From Desulfomicrobium sp. (lineage in GTDB: Bacteria > Desulfobacterota > Desulfovibrionia > Desulfovibrionales > Desulfomicrobiaceae): DNA of 64,000 nucleotides. Shown here piece by piece: positions 48,329 to 57,869 of this stretch (its first letter is position 1; every line of letters begins with the position of its first letter). The stretch spans positions 256,001 to 320,000 of the forward strand of contig JAXGMI010000001.1 in the NCBI GenBank assembly GCA_040768745.1, given 5' to 3'. The translations under genes were made by a program, and so were the position numbers. Below the pieces are notes generated by a model. That model was not told where the DNA came from. It saw only the letters and a program-made list of their open reading frames with translations, and ran no database searches.

Positions 48329-48880
48329 ATGGCCACATCGGAATACACGCTTTTCAGCGGCGGCGCCCAGGGCACGGAAGCGGAATTTGGCCGTCTGGCC
48401 GAACAATACGGGGTCCAGGAAGTGACCTTTACCTTTGAGGGGCACAAGGTCGAACGGACCAGAGGGATGCGCGTGCTGACCCCCGAGGAACTGATGCGCA
48501 AGGATGTGAGCCTGAGCTATGTCTCCAAGCTCCTGAACAGGACATTCACCAACGCGCCCACCATGCGCAAGATCCTGCAAACCATCATGTACCAAATCGA
48601 CGCCGGGCACGAGGTCTTTGTCGTCGGCACCATCATGGAGGACGGAACGGTCAAGGGCGGAACTGGCTGGGGAACAGAATTCGCAAAAATCTGCAACAAA
48701 CCCCTGTACGCCTTTGGACAGGTCCGTAATTGCTGGCACAAGTGGACCGGCGAAATCTGGGAGCGCTGCGACACCCCCGTCATCACAAGCCTCCATTTCG
48801 CCGGCACCGGGACGCGCTTCCTTGAAGACAATGGCCGCATAGCCATTGCCGAGCTTTTTGCCAAATCGTTCGGAAAATAA
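48329..48880 (+). CDS. Conserved hypothetical protein, SLOG-like motifs
   Basis: SGGAQG.E, KGGTGW, AGTGTR; AGGAG RBS. Confidence 0.7.
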   Translation: MATSEYTLFSGGAQGTEAEFGRLAEQYGVQEVTFTFEGHKVERTRGMRVLTPEELMRKDVSLSYVSKLLNRTFTNAPTMRKILQTIMYQIDAGHEVFVVGTIMEDGTVKGGTGWGTEFAKICNKPLYAFGQVRNCWHKWTGEIWERCDTPVITSLHFAGTGTRFLEDNGRIAIAELFAKSFGK

Positions 48881-48905
48881 TCCCATCCAGGGCCGCGGAG
48901 CGGCC

Positions 48906-50441
48906 CTACCCTCCCACATACCGGGCAGCTGCAGACGCCACGGCGACTCCATCCATGGCCGCGGACATGATTCCTCCGGCATGCCCCGCCCCTTCGCCGC
49001 AAGGAAAAAGGCCGTCCAGGCCAGGGTGCATGCAGGTAATGCTGTCGCGAGGAATGCGCACCGGCGAGCTGGTCCGCGACTCCACAGCCAACAGCGTGGC
49101 CTCGGAGCTGTCGAAACCTTTATGCCTGCGGCCGAAAATCGTCAGCCCCTGGCGTAAGGCCCGGACCACAAAGTCCGGCAGGAGTGCGTGCAGCGGGGCC
49201 GAATGGATGCCCGGGATATACGAGGACCTGGGCAGCACTTTGGTCAGCCGGCCTTGCATGAAATCAGCCGCGCTCTGGGCCGGCGCCTGCTGGGTGACCT
49301 GGTCTCCGGCTTCGAACATGGCCTTTTCGACCCCGGCCTGGAAGCGCAGCAAGGCCAGGGTGTCGTCTCCCTGCACGTCGGACAGGCGGATCTCGGTGAC
49401 CAATCCGGCATTGGCCAAGGGCGCCTTGCGGCTGGCCAGGCTCATTCCGTTCAGAACCAGTTCTCCCGGAGCCGTGGAAGCGGGAACCACAAACCCCCCC
49501 GGGCACATGCAAAAGGAGAAAACACCCCTTTCCCCGGTCTGGCATGCGATGCGGTAACTGGCTGCGGGCAGGGAGGGATGCCGGGGAGAATGGTGGTAGA
49601 ACATCCTGTCCACCAGGGTCTGCGGGTGTTCGATGCGCACACCCAGGGCAAAGGGTTTGGCTTCCAGCAGAATCCCCCGCCGGTGCAGCAGGGCGTAGAT
49701 ATCCCGGGCCGAATGCCCGGTGGCCAGGATGACGGCGTCCGCGTCCACCTGCTGGCCATTGTCCAGGCGCACCCCGCGCAACACTCCGGCATCCACCACA
49801 AGATCCGCGACATGGGCGCCGAAATGAATCTCCCCTCCGGCGCCTTCGACGGACGCGCGCATGGAGCGCACCAGGCGGGGCAGGACATTGGAACCCAGGT
49901 GGGGATGGGCGTCCACGCCAATGTCCGGGGATGCACCGTGTGCCACGAAAAGATCCAGAATGCGATCCACGTTCCCGCGCTTTGTGGACCGGGTATAGAG
50001 CTTGCCATCGGAATATGTCCCGGCCCCGCCCTCCCCGAAACAGTAGTTGGAGTGGGGATGAATGAGCCCCTGGGAGTAGATCTTCTTCACGTCTTTGAGC
50101 CGGCCGAGCACGTCCCGGCCACGCTCCAGAACCACCGGCTTGACCCCCGCCTCCAGCAGGGTCAGGGCCGCGAAGTATCCGCCCGGTCCGGCCCCGACCA
50201 CAACCACCCTCTTCCCCCCAAGAGGCCTGGGCCGGAAGCACGTCCGCACCGGATCCTCCCCCCCCACGGCCACGCGGAGCAGGAATCTGGGCATCTTGGA
50301 CCGGGCGTCTATGGACCGCCTGGTCACGCGCACCCGGAGCTGCCCGTCGTCCCGCAAACCGGCCCTGGCCAGGGCCAGAGACCGGATCATCTGGGCGTCG
50401 CCCATGTGGTCCGGATCTACGATCAGATCAACAATCTGCAT
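48906..50441 (-). CDS. FAD-dependent oxidoreductase (uncharacterised flavoprotein family)
   Basis: SIDAR, GAGPGG, FGEGGAGT.SDGKL, GHSARD, FCMCPGG, ESRTSSP, GEGAG.AGGI. Confidence 0.85.
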   Translation of the reverse strand: MQIVDLIVDPDHMGDAQMIRSLALARAGLRDDGQLRVRVTRRSIDARSKMPRFLLRVAVGGEDPVRTCFRPRPLGGKRVVVVGAGPGGYFAALTLLEAGVKPVVLERGRDVLGRLKDVKKIYSQGLIHPHSNYCFGEGGAGTYSDGKLYTRSTKRGNVDRILDLFVAHGASPDIGVDAHPHLGSNVLPRLVRSMRASVEGAGGEIHFGAHVADLVVDAGVLRGVRLDNGQQVDADAVILATGHSARDIYALLHRRGILLEAKPFALGVRIEHPQTLVDRMFYHHSPRHPSLPAASYRIACQTGERGVFSFCMCPGGFVVPASTAPGELVLNGMSLASRKAPLANAGLVTEIRLSDVQGDDTLALLRFQAGVEKAMFEAGDQVTQQAPAQSAADFMQGRLTKVLPRSSYIPGIHSAPLHALLPDFVVRALRQGLTIFGRRHKGFDSSEATLLAVESRTSSPVRIPRDSITCMHPGLDGLFPCGEGAGHAGGIMSAAMDGVAVASAAARYVGG

Positions 50442-50635
50442 GACAACCCCAGGATCATCAGGATTTGCGTGATGGCTCCGCACGCCGGCGGCCCACTTCA
50501 GGACCCTGGGCGGCCGGCTCACAAACCATTGCCACCCGGCACCTGCCTGCCCGGGTCGTCAAGTGGCACCCCCTCCCCTGACTCGTATCCGCTGCAACAT
50601 GGGCAGGGGCCAGGATCTCCCTCGGGAGGACCGCC

Positions 50636-51133
50636 TCATTTTCCAGGCATCTTCAGGTGCTCCAGGACCTTCTGGTGCGCCTGCCGTGACTTTTCCGTTT
50701 CCAGATTGGGAATCTCTTCCCGGTCCACGTAGCGGATGGCCGCGCAGGGGCACATCTCCACACAGGCCGGACCCATGCCCACCTGGCGGCGCTGGGCGCA
50801 CATGTCGCACTTGGCCACCATGACCCCGCGGTCCGTCTCGAACATGGCGCTGTGGGGACAGGCCAGGATGCAGTTCTTGGTTTGGCAGCCGCGGCAGAGC
50901 ATGGGCTGCAGGATGACGGCCCCGTCCTTGTCTTTCTTCAGGGCCCCGCGCGGGCAGGCGTTGGCGCACTTGGGGTTCTCACAGTGCAGGCAGTACAGGG
51001 GCACCATGACGCCGTCCACGGTGCGGGTCATGTGGATACGCGAGGTGTCGTTGGTGAAGCGGCACACGTATTCGCAGGTCTCGCAGCCGATGCACAGGCT
51101 GTAGTCGATGTACAGGGTCTTGCTGCAGCTCAT
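50636..51133 (-). CDS. 4Fe-4S dicluster protein
   Basis: Four CxxCxxC/CP clusters. Confidence 0.88.
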   Translation of the reverse strand: MSCSKTLYIDYSLCIGCETCEYVCRFTNDTSRIHMTRTVDGVMVPLYCLHCENPKCANACPRGALKKDKDGAVILQPMLCRGCQTKNCILACPHSAMFETDRGVMVAKCDMCAQRRQVGMGPACVEMCPCAAIRYVDREEIPNLETEKSRQAHQKVLEHLKMPGK

Positions 51134-52212
51134 GCCTGCCTCCCGAATCCGGCCTCGTTGGTCACCAGGTCGTTGTAATCGTAGGCGTCGAGGCGGTCCT
51201 GGGCCTTGAGGTCCAGCCAGTTGGCCAGGGACCGGGCCGAACGCAGGCCGCTGTAAACCGCCTTGCCGATCTTGCTCGGCCCGCTCAAGGCGTCGCCGGC
51301 CACGAAGACATTCTCAATGGCTGTCATGTGCAGCCAGCGGACCTCGCCCTTGCGCACGTTTTCCAGTCCCAGCTCCTTGGCGAAGGGCGGCGTGGCCGTC
51401 TCGCCGATGGCCGCCACCACCAGATCCACAGGCAGGACCAGGGTTTCGGGCCCATCCTTGCCGGGGCGGGAAATCTCCATGCCCTGCACCCTGTCCTCGC
51501 CCAGTATCCGCAGGGGGGTGCTGCGCTCGAGCCATTCCACGCCCATGCCCCTGAGCTGTTCGATCTCGAAGGAGCCGCAGGGGGCCTCCCGGCTGGTGCG
51601 CCGGTAGATGTGGAAGATCTTGGAAGCGCCGAGGTGGACGGCACTGTGGGCCACGTCGATGGCCGAGTGGCCTGCGCCGATGACGGCCACGGCCCTGCCC
51701 TGCACGTCGGGCAGCTTGACGTTGGGCGCGCTGTATTTCACGGCTCTGATGGGAAAAAGGAATTCCAGGCCGGAGAAGACCCCGGACAGATTTTCACCGG
51801 GGATGCCCAACCGTCTGGAACGCCAGGATCCCGTGCAGATGATGATGGCGTCATGCTTTTTGACCATATCCCCGAAACCGAGGATCTCGCGGCAGAAATG
51901 ATCACCCTCTTCATCATGCAGGGGGCCGCTGCAGCAGATCTTGGTGTGGGTGTGGAAAACGACTCCGGCCTCGCGCTCCAACCGACGCACGCCGAGATCG
52001 ATGCGCTCCTTGGGGATGCGATAGCCCGGGATGCCGAAGAGCATCAATCCCCCGGGCTTAGGCAGCTTGTCGTACACATCGACCTGATACCCAAGACAGG
52101 ACAAGTAGCCCGTTGCGGCCAGGCCCGATGGTCCGGCGCCGATGATGCCGACACTGCGACCATTGGGCATGGCCGGTTCGGAACAGAGAAAATTGAAATT
52201 GATCGGGTCCAT
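51130..52212 (-). CDS. GltD-like NAD(P)/FAD-dependent oxidoreductase
   Basis: GAGPSGL, GGL..FGIP.YR.P, GAGHSAID, FVAGD. Confidence 0.85.
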   Translation of the reverse strand: MDPINFNFLCSEPAMPNGRSVGIIGAGPSGLAATGYLSCLGYQVDVYDKLPKPGGLMLFGIPGYRIPKERIDLGVRRLEREAGVVFHTHTKICCSGPLHDEEGDHFCREILGFGDMVKKHDAIIICTGSWRSRRLGIPGENLSGVFSGLEFLFPIRAVKYSAPNVKLPDVQGRAVAVIGAGHSAIDVAHSAVHLGASKIFHIYRRTSREAPCGSFEIEQLRGMGVEWLERSTPLRILGEDRVQGMEISRPGKDGPETLVLPVDLVVAAIGETATPPFAKELGLENVRKGEVRWLHMTAIENVFVAGDALSGPSKIGKAVYSGLRSARSLANWLDLKAQDRLDAYDYNDLVTNEAGFGRQA

Positions 52213-52340
52213 GTTCCCCCCTGGCTCCTTGCACATTGATTCCTTTGTCTGTGCCGGGCCTTTCTCTTTGTCAAGCAATGCCAGGTCATGGCGCTGGTCA
52301 AGGCGAGCCAGGTCCGGACTGGACACCTGCGTCATGTTTT

Positions 52341-52354
52341 TTGATCTACATCAA
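52341..52354. promoter_or_regulatory. FNR/HcpR-type palindromic operator
   Basis: TTGAT-CTAC-ATCAA between divergent hcp and oxidoreductase genes. Confidence 0.75.
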
Positions 52355-52428
52355 AGCACAAAAGCCTGGCGCAGCCTATACGTCGTTTCAACACAGTCAT
52401 ATCACCTCAACCATGGAGAACATGCACC

Positions 52429-54036
52429 ATGTTTTGCAATCAATGTGAACAGACGGCCAAAGGAACAGGATGCACCAAGATCGGCGTATGCGGCAAGCAG
52501 CCCGAAGTGGCCGCGCTCCAGGACCTGCTCATCTACGCCCTGCAGGGGCTGTCCCAGGTGGCCGTGCAGGCCCGGGCCAAATCCGTGTCCGACCCGGAAA
52601 CGAACCGTTTCGTCAACGAAGGCGTCTTCTCGACCCTGACCAACGTCGACTTCGACCCGGCCCGCTTCCAAGTCCTGATCAGGGACGCCGTGGCCCGGCG
52701 CGAGGCCCTCAAGGCCAGGGCCTCCGTCAATGTCGATTCCCCCGCTGCCACCTTTGTTCCGGCCGCCACCCTGGAAGACATGATCGCCCAGGGCGAACAG
52801 CACGGCATTGCCGAAGCCCTGGAAAGCCACGAGGACCTCAGGTCCCTGAAGCAGATCCTCATCTATGGACTGAAGGGCGTGGCCGCCTACGCCGACCACG
52901 CCGCCATCCTGGGCCGCGAGGACGAGAGCGTGTACGAGTTCGTGCAGCGCGCCCTGGCCAAGAGCCTGGACCAGCTGGGACTGGAAGAGCTCATCGGCCT
53001 GTGCATGGAGTGCGGCCAGGTGAACCTCAAGGCCATGGAACTCCTGGACGGCGGCAACACCGGCACCTACGGCCATCCGGTCCCGACGGAAGTCCCCCTG
53101 GGGCCCAAGAAGGGCAAGGCCATCCTCGTCTCCGGCCATGACCTGAAGGACCTGGCCATGCTCCTGGAGCAGACCGCCGGCAAGGGCATCAACATCTACA
53201 CCCACGGCGAGATGCTGCCCTGCCACGGCTACCCGGAACTGAAAAAGCACGCGCACTTCCACGGCCACTATGGCACAGCCTGGCAGAACCAGCAGAAGGA
53301 GTTCGCCGAGTTCCCCGGGGCCATCCTGATGACCACCAACTGCATCCAGAAGCCGGTCGAATCCTACAAGGGCAACATCTTCACCACCGGTCTGGTCGGC
53401 TGGCCCGGCGTGGCCCACGTCGGCAAGGATTTCTCCCAGGTCATTGCCAAGGCCTTGGAAATGCCCGGCTTCACGGCCGAGGAGGACAAGGGCAGCGTGC
53501 TGACGGGCTTTGCCCGCAACGCGGTCCTGGGCGTGGCCGACAAGGTCATCGCCGCGGTCAAGGGTGGAGATATCCGCCACTTCTTCCTGGTGGCCGGCTG
53601 CGACGGCGCCAAGCCCGGCCGCAACTACTACACAGAGTTCGTGGAAAAGGTCCCGGGTGACTGCGTGGTCCTGACCCTGGCCTGCGGCAAGTTCCGCTTC
53701 TTCGACAAGAAGCTGGGCGACATCGGGGGCATCCCGCGCCTGCTGGACGTGGGCCAGTGCAACGACGCCTACTCGGCCATCCAGATCGCGGTGGCCCTGG
53801 CCGGCGCCTTCGGCTGCGGCGTGAACGACCTGCCCCTGTCCATGGTCCTGTCCTGGTACGAGCAGAAGGCCGTGGCCATCCTGCTGACGCTCCTGAGCCT
53901 GGGCATCAAGGGCATCCGCCTCGGGCCCAGTCTGCCGGCCTTCATCACCCCGAACGTGCTGAACGTGCTGGTCGAGAACTTCGACATCAAGCCCATCACC
54001 ACGCCGGATGAGGATCTGAAAGCCATTCTGGGCTAG
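52429..54036 (+). CDS. hcp: Hybrid cluster protein (hydroxylamine reductase)
   Basis: MFCNQCEQT...C...GVCGK, SGHDL, YTHGEMLP, GCDG, GQCND, SWYEQKA. Confidence 0.96.
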   Translation: MFCNQCEQTAKGTGCTKIGVCGKQPEVAALQDLLIYALQGLSQVAVQARAKSVSDPETNRFVNEGVFSTLTNVDFDPARFQVLIRDAVARREALKARASVNVDSPAATFVPAATLEDMIAQGEQHGIAEALESHEDLRSLKQILIYGLKGVAAYADHAAILGREDESVYEFVQRALAKSLDQLGLEELIGLCMECGQVNLKAMELLDGGNTGTYGHPVPTEVPLGPKKGKAILVSGHDLKDLAMLLEQTAGKGINIYTHGEMLPCHGYPELKKHAHFHGHYGTAWQNQQKEFAEFPGAILMTTNCIQKPVESYKGNIFTTGLVGWPGVAHVGKDFSQVIAKALEMPGFTAEEDKGSVLTGFARNAVLGVADKVIAAVKGGDIRHFFLVAGCDGAKPGRNYYTEFVEKVPGDCVVLTLACGKFRFFDKKLGDIGGIPRLLDVGQCNDAYSAIQIAVALAGAFGCGVNDLPLSMVLSWYEQKAVAILLTLLSLGIKGIRLGPSLPAFITPNVLNVLVENFDIKPITTPDEDLKAILG

Positions 54037-54050
54037 GATTCATCCACCCC

Positions 54051-54088
54051 TGTGGGAAGGCCCGCATAGGCTGCCGGGCCTTCCCACA
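54051..54088. terminator. Hairpin downstream of hcp
   Basis: TGTGGGAAGGCCCG / CGGGCCTTCCCACA 14-bp stem; weak U tract. Confidence 0.5.
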
Positions 54089-54200
54089 CTCTTCTGCCGG
54101 GCGCGCCACATCCTTCTTCCCTGCACATCCTGTTGACAGCAAGGCCCGAACATGACCAGTTTGCTCGTGCATGCATGGTACAACGTCACCGGAACCGGCC

Positions 54201-55532
54201 ATGAACACGATCAAATCCTTCCTGACCCGCTGCAAAACCTTCTGCACATCGGAAATCTGGCATCTGCGGCCGGACAGACCTTCCATGGGTTGGATTGTCA
54301 CCCGCTTGGCGCGTACCATTCTTCTCGCGGCCCGAGGATTTCGGGACCACCACGGTCCCTTGCGCGCATCGGCCCTGACATTCTATACCCTCCTGTCCCT
54401 GGTTCCCCTGGCCGCCATGGCTTTTGGCATCGCCAAGGGCTTCGGATTCGAACGGTTGCTGGAGAAAGAACTGCTCGAACAATTCTCGGCCCAGCAGGCC
54501 GTGGTGCAGCAGGTCATCGTCTTTGCCCGCAACATGCTGGACAACACCCAGGGCGGCCTCATAGCCGGGATAGGCGTCATTGCCCTGTTCTGGTCCGTGG
54601 TCAAAGTGCTGGGGAACATCGAGGACAGCTTCAATCACATCTGGGGGGTGGCATCCCGTCCCATCCTGCGCAAACTGAGTGATTACCTGACCATCATGAT
54701 CATCGGCCCTGTGCTGCTGATCACCTCCGGAAGCGTGACGGTGCTGATTGCCGCCCAGGTTGCAGCCCTTTCCTCCCACATCGGCTTGCAAGACGTGCTC
54801 AACCCGGCCATCTCCGGGGTTCTGGCCCTGGCCCCCTACATGCTGCTCTGGATCCTGTTCACCCTCATCTACCTGATCATGCCCAACACCCGGGTCAAGG
54901 CATCCGGCGCCATTCTGGCCGCCATCATGGCCGGGTCGGTCTACCAGCTCGTGCAGATCGGGTATGTCCGGTTTCAGATCAACGTCACCAGCTACAACGC
55001 GATCTATGGCAGTTTCGCCGCGCTGCCGTTGTTTCTGGTTTGGCTCAACCTGAGCTGGCACATCGTGCTGTTTGGAGCCGAAATCGCCCATGCATTCCAG
55101 CATGCCGACATGGCGGACCACACCCAGAGCGGCCAGAGAATGAGCATGCGACAGACCCGTCTCTTTGCCCTGGCCCTGTGCACGCACGTGGTCCGCCTTT
55201 TCCACCGGGGTGAACCCGCGCGCTCCTGTATCGGCATTGCGCGCGATCTTGCTCTTGCCCCTGGCCTCATCCGCTTTCTGGCAGACCTCCTGGTCCGGGG
55301 CGGCATACTTTCCCGCGTGGATGACGACGACGGCAAGGAGCAACTCCTGCAGCCAGCCCGGGACATCAGCAGCCTGACCATAGCCCAGGTCATGGCGGCG
55401 GTAGAGAACGTGGGAACCAATGACCTGCTGCCCCCCGGCCCTGGGCACCTTCAGCCCGGCCCTGCCTGGCTGGATGACCTGCTGGCGACCATAGACCGCT
55501 CACCGGCCAGTCGTCTCGTCCTGGAGCTCTAG
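54201..55532 (+). CDS. YihY/BrkB-family membrane protein with C-terminal wHTH-like domain
   Basis: ASALTFYTLLSLVP, FN.IW, IYGSFAALP.FL.W. Confidence 0.85.
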   Translation: MNTIKSFLTRCKTFCTSEIWHLRPDRPSMGWIVTRLARTILLAARGFRDHHGPLRASALTFYTLLSLVPLAAMAFGIAKGFGFERLLEKELLEQFSAQQAVVQQVIVFARNMLDNTQGGLIAGIGVIALFWSVVKVLGNIEDSFNHIWGVASRPILRKLSDYLTIMIIGPVLLITSGSVTVLIAAQVAALSSHIGLQDVLNPAISGVLALAPYMLLWILFTLIYLIMPNTRVKASGAILAAIMAGSVYQLVQIGYVRFQINVTSYNAIYGSFAALPLFLVWLNLSWHIVLFGAEIAHAFQHADMADHTQSGQRMSMRQTRLFALALCTHVVRLFHRGEPARSCIGIARDLALAPGLIRFLADLLVRGGILSRVDDDDGKEQLLQPARDISSLTIAQVMAAVENVGTNDLLPPGPGHLQPGPAWLDDLLATIDRSPASRLVLEL

Positions 55533-55771
55533 TCCCGCTGAGGCCTGCACAGGGCAGCCCTCCAGGATATTCCCTTCCCTGTTTTTGTGTTTTCACGCCG
55601 AAGAGCGTACAGAGGTTTCATGAAATGCAATCCGGCCAGCTTTCAGTGTCCGGCAAATCCCTCGAAACAACTGTTTAGCCCTTGACGAGAGGCAGTGAAA
55701 AGCACAAGGGGAAATACCGGAAATCGCCGGGATTACTCGAAGACAGAGATTTCATTGCAGGGAGTGCATAG

Positions 55772-57322
55772 ATGATGAAACGCTGTGGATTGTGCGGCCT
55801 CATGGCCGGGCTTTTCCTTTTCATCCAGACCGGCATGGTTCAGGCCCAGAATTCCACATTCGGCCTGGGAGATGTCGAGAATATGGCCCGGGAACTGGCG
55901 GCCAAACCGTTTGTGGACAACATCGGCCAGGTGCCGGATATTCTCAAGACCATTTCCTACGATGACTGGCGGGATATCCGCTTTGCCCAGGAGAAAAGCC
56001 TCTGGCGCGAGGACAAGCTCCCCTTTGAGTTGCAATTCTTCCACCCCGGCCTGTTCTACGATCGCACTGTGGCCATCAACGTGGTGGATCAGGGCGTACC
56101 CAAACGCCTGGCCTTCGACACAAGCGCATTCAACTACGGCCGCAACAAGTTCGCAGAACAGCTGTCGGCAGACATGGGATATGCAGGATTCCGCATCCAT
56201 TCCGCCATCAACAAAAAAAGCTACCTGGACGAATTCCTTGTCTTCCTCGGCGCCAGCTATTTCCGGGCCGTGGGCAAGGGGCATCATTACGGCCTGTCTG
56301 CCAGGGGTCTGGCCATCGACACGGCCGAGCCCACGGGTGAAGAATTCCCCTTTTTCAAGGAATTCTGGATCGTCAAGCCCGGAAAAAAGGACAAGAGCGT
56401 GACCATCTATGCCCTGCTTGACTCGCGACGGGTCACAGGCGCGTACAAATTCGAGGCCACGCCCGGAGGGGAAACCGCCATTGACGTCGAATCCGTCCTC
56501 TTCCTGCGCGAGCCCGTGGCACGGCTCGGTATCGCCCCCCTGACCAGCATGTTCATTTTCGGAGAGAACTCTAATCCCCGTCTGAACGACGATTTCCGCC
56601 CGGAAGTGCACGATTCCGACGGCCTCATGGCCAGATTCGAAAACGAGGAGTGGGTATGGCGGCCCCTCCACAACCCCAAAACGCTGGCCGTCAATGCGTT
56701 CAGCGCCCCGAACATCCGGGGCATGGGCCTGATGCAGCGGGATACGGACTTCAATAACTATCTGGATCTGGAGGCACGGTACGAACAGCGACCGAGTGCG
56801 TGGATAGAGCCCAAGGAAGACTGGGGACCGGGCCGCCTGCACCTGGTCCAGATACCCTCGCCCGAGGAAATTCACGACAATATTGTCAGCTTCTGGTCCC
56901 CGGACACGATACCCTCCCCGGGAAAGCCTGTTTCCTATGCCTATCGGATCCGGTGGTGCAGCCCCCAGCGAGTCGCGCTCCCTGATGGACAGGTCGTATT
57001 CACCCGCACATCCAAGGGTAAACTCGACAATTCCCGCCTGTTCGTACTTGAATTCCAGGGAGGCAAGCTGGAAGACCTCCCCGACGACGCGGCCCTGGAC
57101 TCCAATGTGTGGATTGGCACTGGCGGCAAGCTCCTGGAAAAGCGGGTCTATAAAAATACGGTCAATGGCAATTGGCGCCTTGTCTTCGAAGTCGAACCGG
57201 ACGGCACGTCGCCCCTGGCCATGGTCCTTCCGGACAAGCGTCCCTTCATTGAAATGCGGGCCAACCTGCAGCACGGGCTCACCCCATTGACTGAAACCTG
57301 GACCTACGCCATCAAATTCTGA
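55772..57322 (+). CDS. mdoG: Periplasmic glucan biosynthesis protein G
   Basis: FLGASYFRA, YGLSARGLAIDT, EEFP.F, RPEVHDSDGL, ETW.Y. Confidence 0.9.
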   Translation: MMKRCGLCGLMAGLFLFIQTGMVQAQNSTFGLGDVENMARELAAKPFVDNIGQVPDILKTISYDDWRDIRFAQEKSLWREDKLPFELQFFHPGLFYDRTVAINVVDQGVPKRLAFDTSAFNYGRNKFAEQLSADMGYAGFRIHSAINKKSYLDEFLVFLGASYFRAVGKGHHYGLSARGLAIDTAEPTGEEFPFFKEFWIVKPGKKDKSVTIYALLDSRRVTGAYKFEATPGGETAIDVESVLFLREPVARLGIAPLTSMFIFGENSNPRLNDDFRPEVHDSDGLMARFENEEWVWRPLHNPKTLAVNAFSAPNIRGMGLMQRDTDFNNYLDLEARYEQRPSAWIEPKEDWGPGRLHLVQIPSPEEIHDNIVSFWSPDTIPSPGKPVSYAYRIRWCSPQRVALPDGQVVFTRTSKGKLDNSRLFVLEFQGGKLEDLPDDAALDSNVWIGTGGKLLEKRVYKNTVNGNWRLVFEVEPDGTSPLAMVLPDKRPFIEMRANLQHGLTPLTETWTYAIKF

Positions 57323-57771
57323 TGAAAAAGGACCGGATGGAGCAACGCATTGATCCCGCCGCAATTCTTGAGGCCCGCCTCGAGGCAGCCGGCCGCAGGG
57401 TATCCACCTATCTGCGGCACATGGCCATTCCCGAAAGGAGCAGACACAGCTTGACGCTCACCGCGCTGGATCTCCTGGCCAGAGACCCGGGCGAGAATGC
57501 TGCCCAGGCCGAGGCCAAGGCCATTATACTCGTGCGCAGCTTGCTGGCGGAACAGCGCATCCCTGTCTATGCTGTTCCTGGTCCACCGCTGAAACGTTCG
57601 CACATGAAGCCGGAAGTGATGGACCGACGCCCCTGGGTTCACGTCTTTCTGCGCCTATGGCGGCCGTTGTGGAACACGGCGGCGGCCATCCTCAACACGT
57701 CGTTCATTGACATTGTCCTCTACGCGCTGCTCCTGGCTGGACTTTATGCACTCACCACGTCGTCACACTGA
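57322..57771 (+). CDS. Hypothetical protein in mdoGH cluster
   Basis: Overlaps mdoG stop; C-terminal TM; PPLKRSHMKP motif. Confidence 0.6.
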   Translation: MKKDRMEQRIDPAAILEARLEAAGRRVSTYLRHMAIPERSRHSLTLTALDLLARDPGENAAQAEAKAIILVRSLLAEQRIPVYAVPGPPLKRSHMKPEVMDRRPWVHVFLRLWRPLWNTAAAILNTSFIDIVLYALLLAGLYALTTSSH

Positions 57772-57869
57772 CCCGGATGCGCAGGCGTCCCCATGTTCAT
57801 GATCATGGCCCCGGTCCGGGATCTGCCCGTTTCCTCCTCGCGCAGGCCAACTCATAGCCCGAATAGCAT

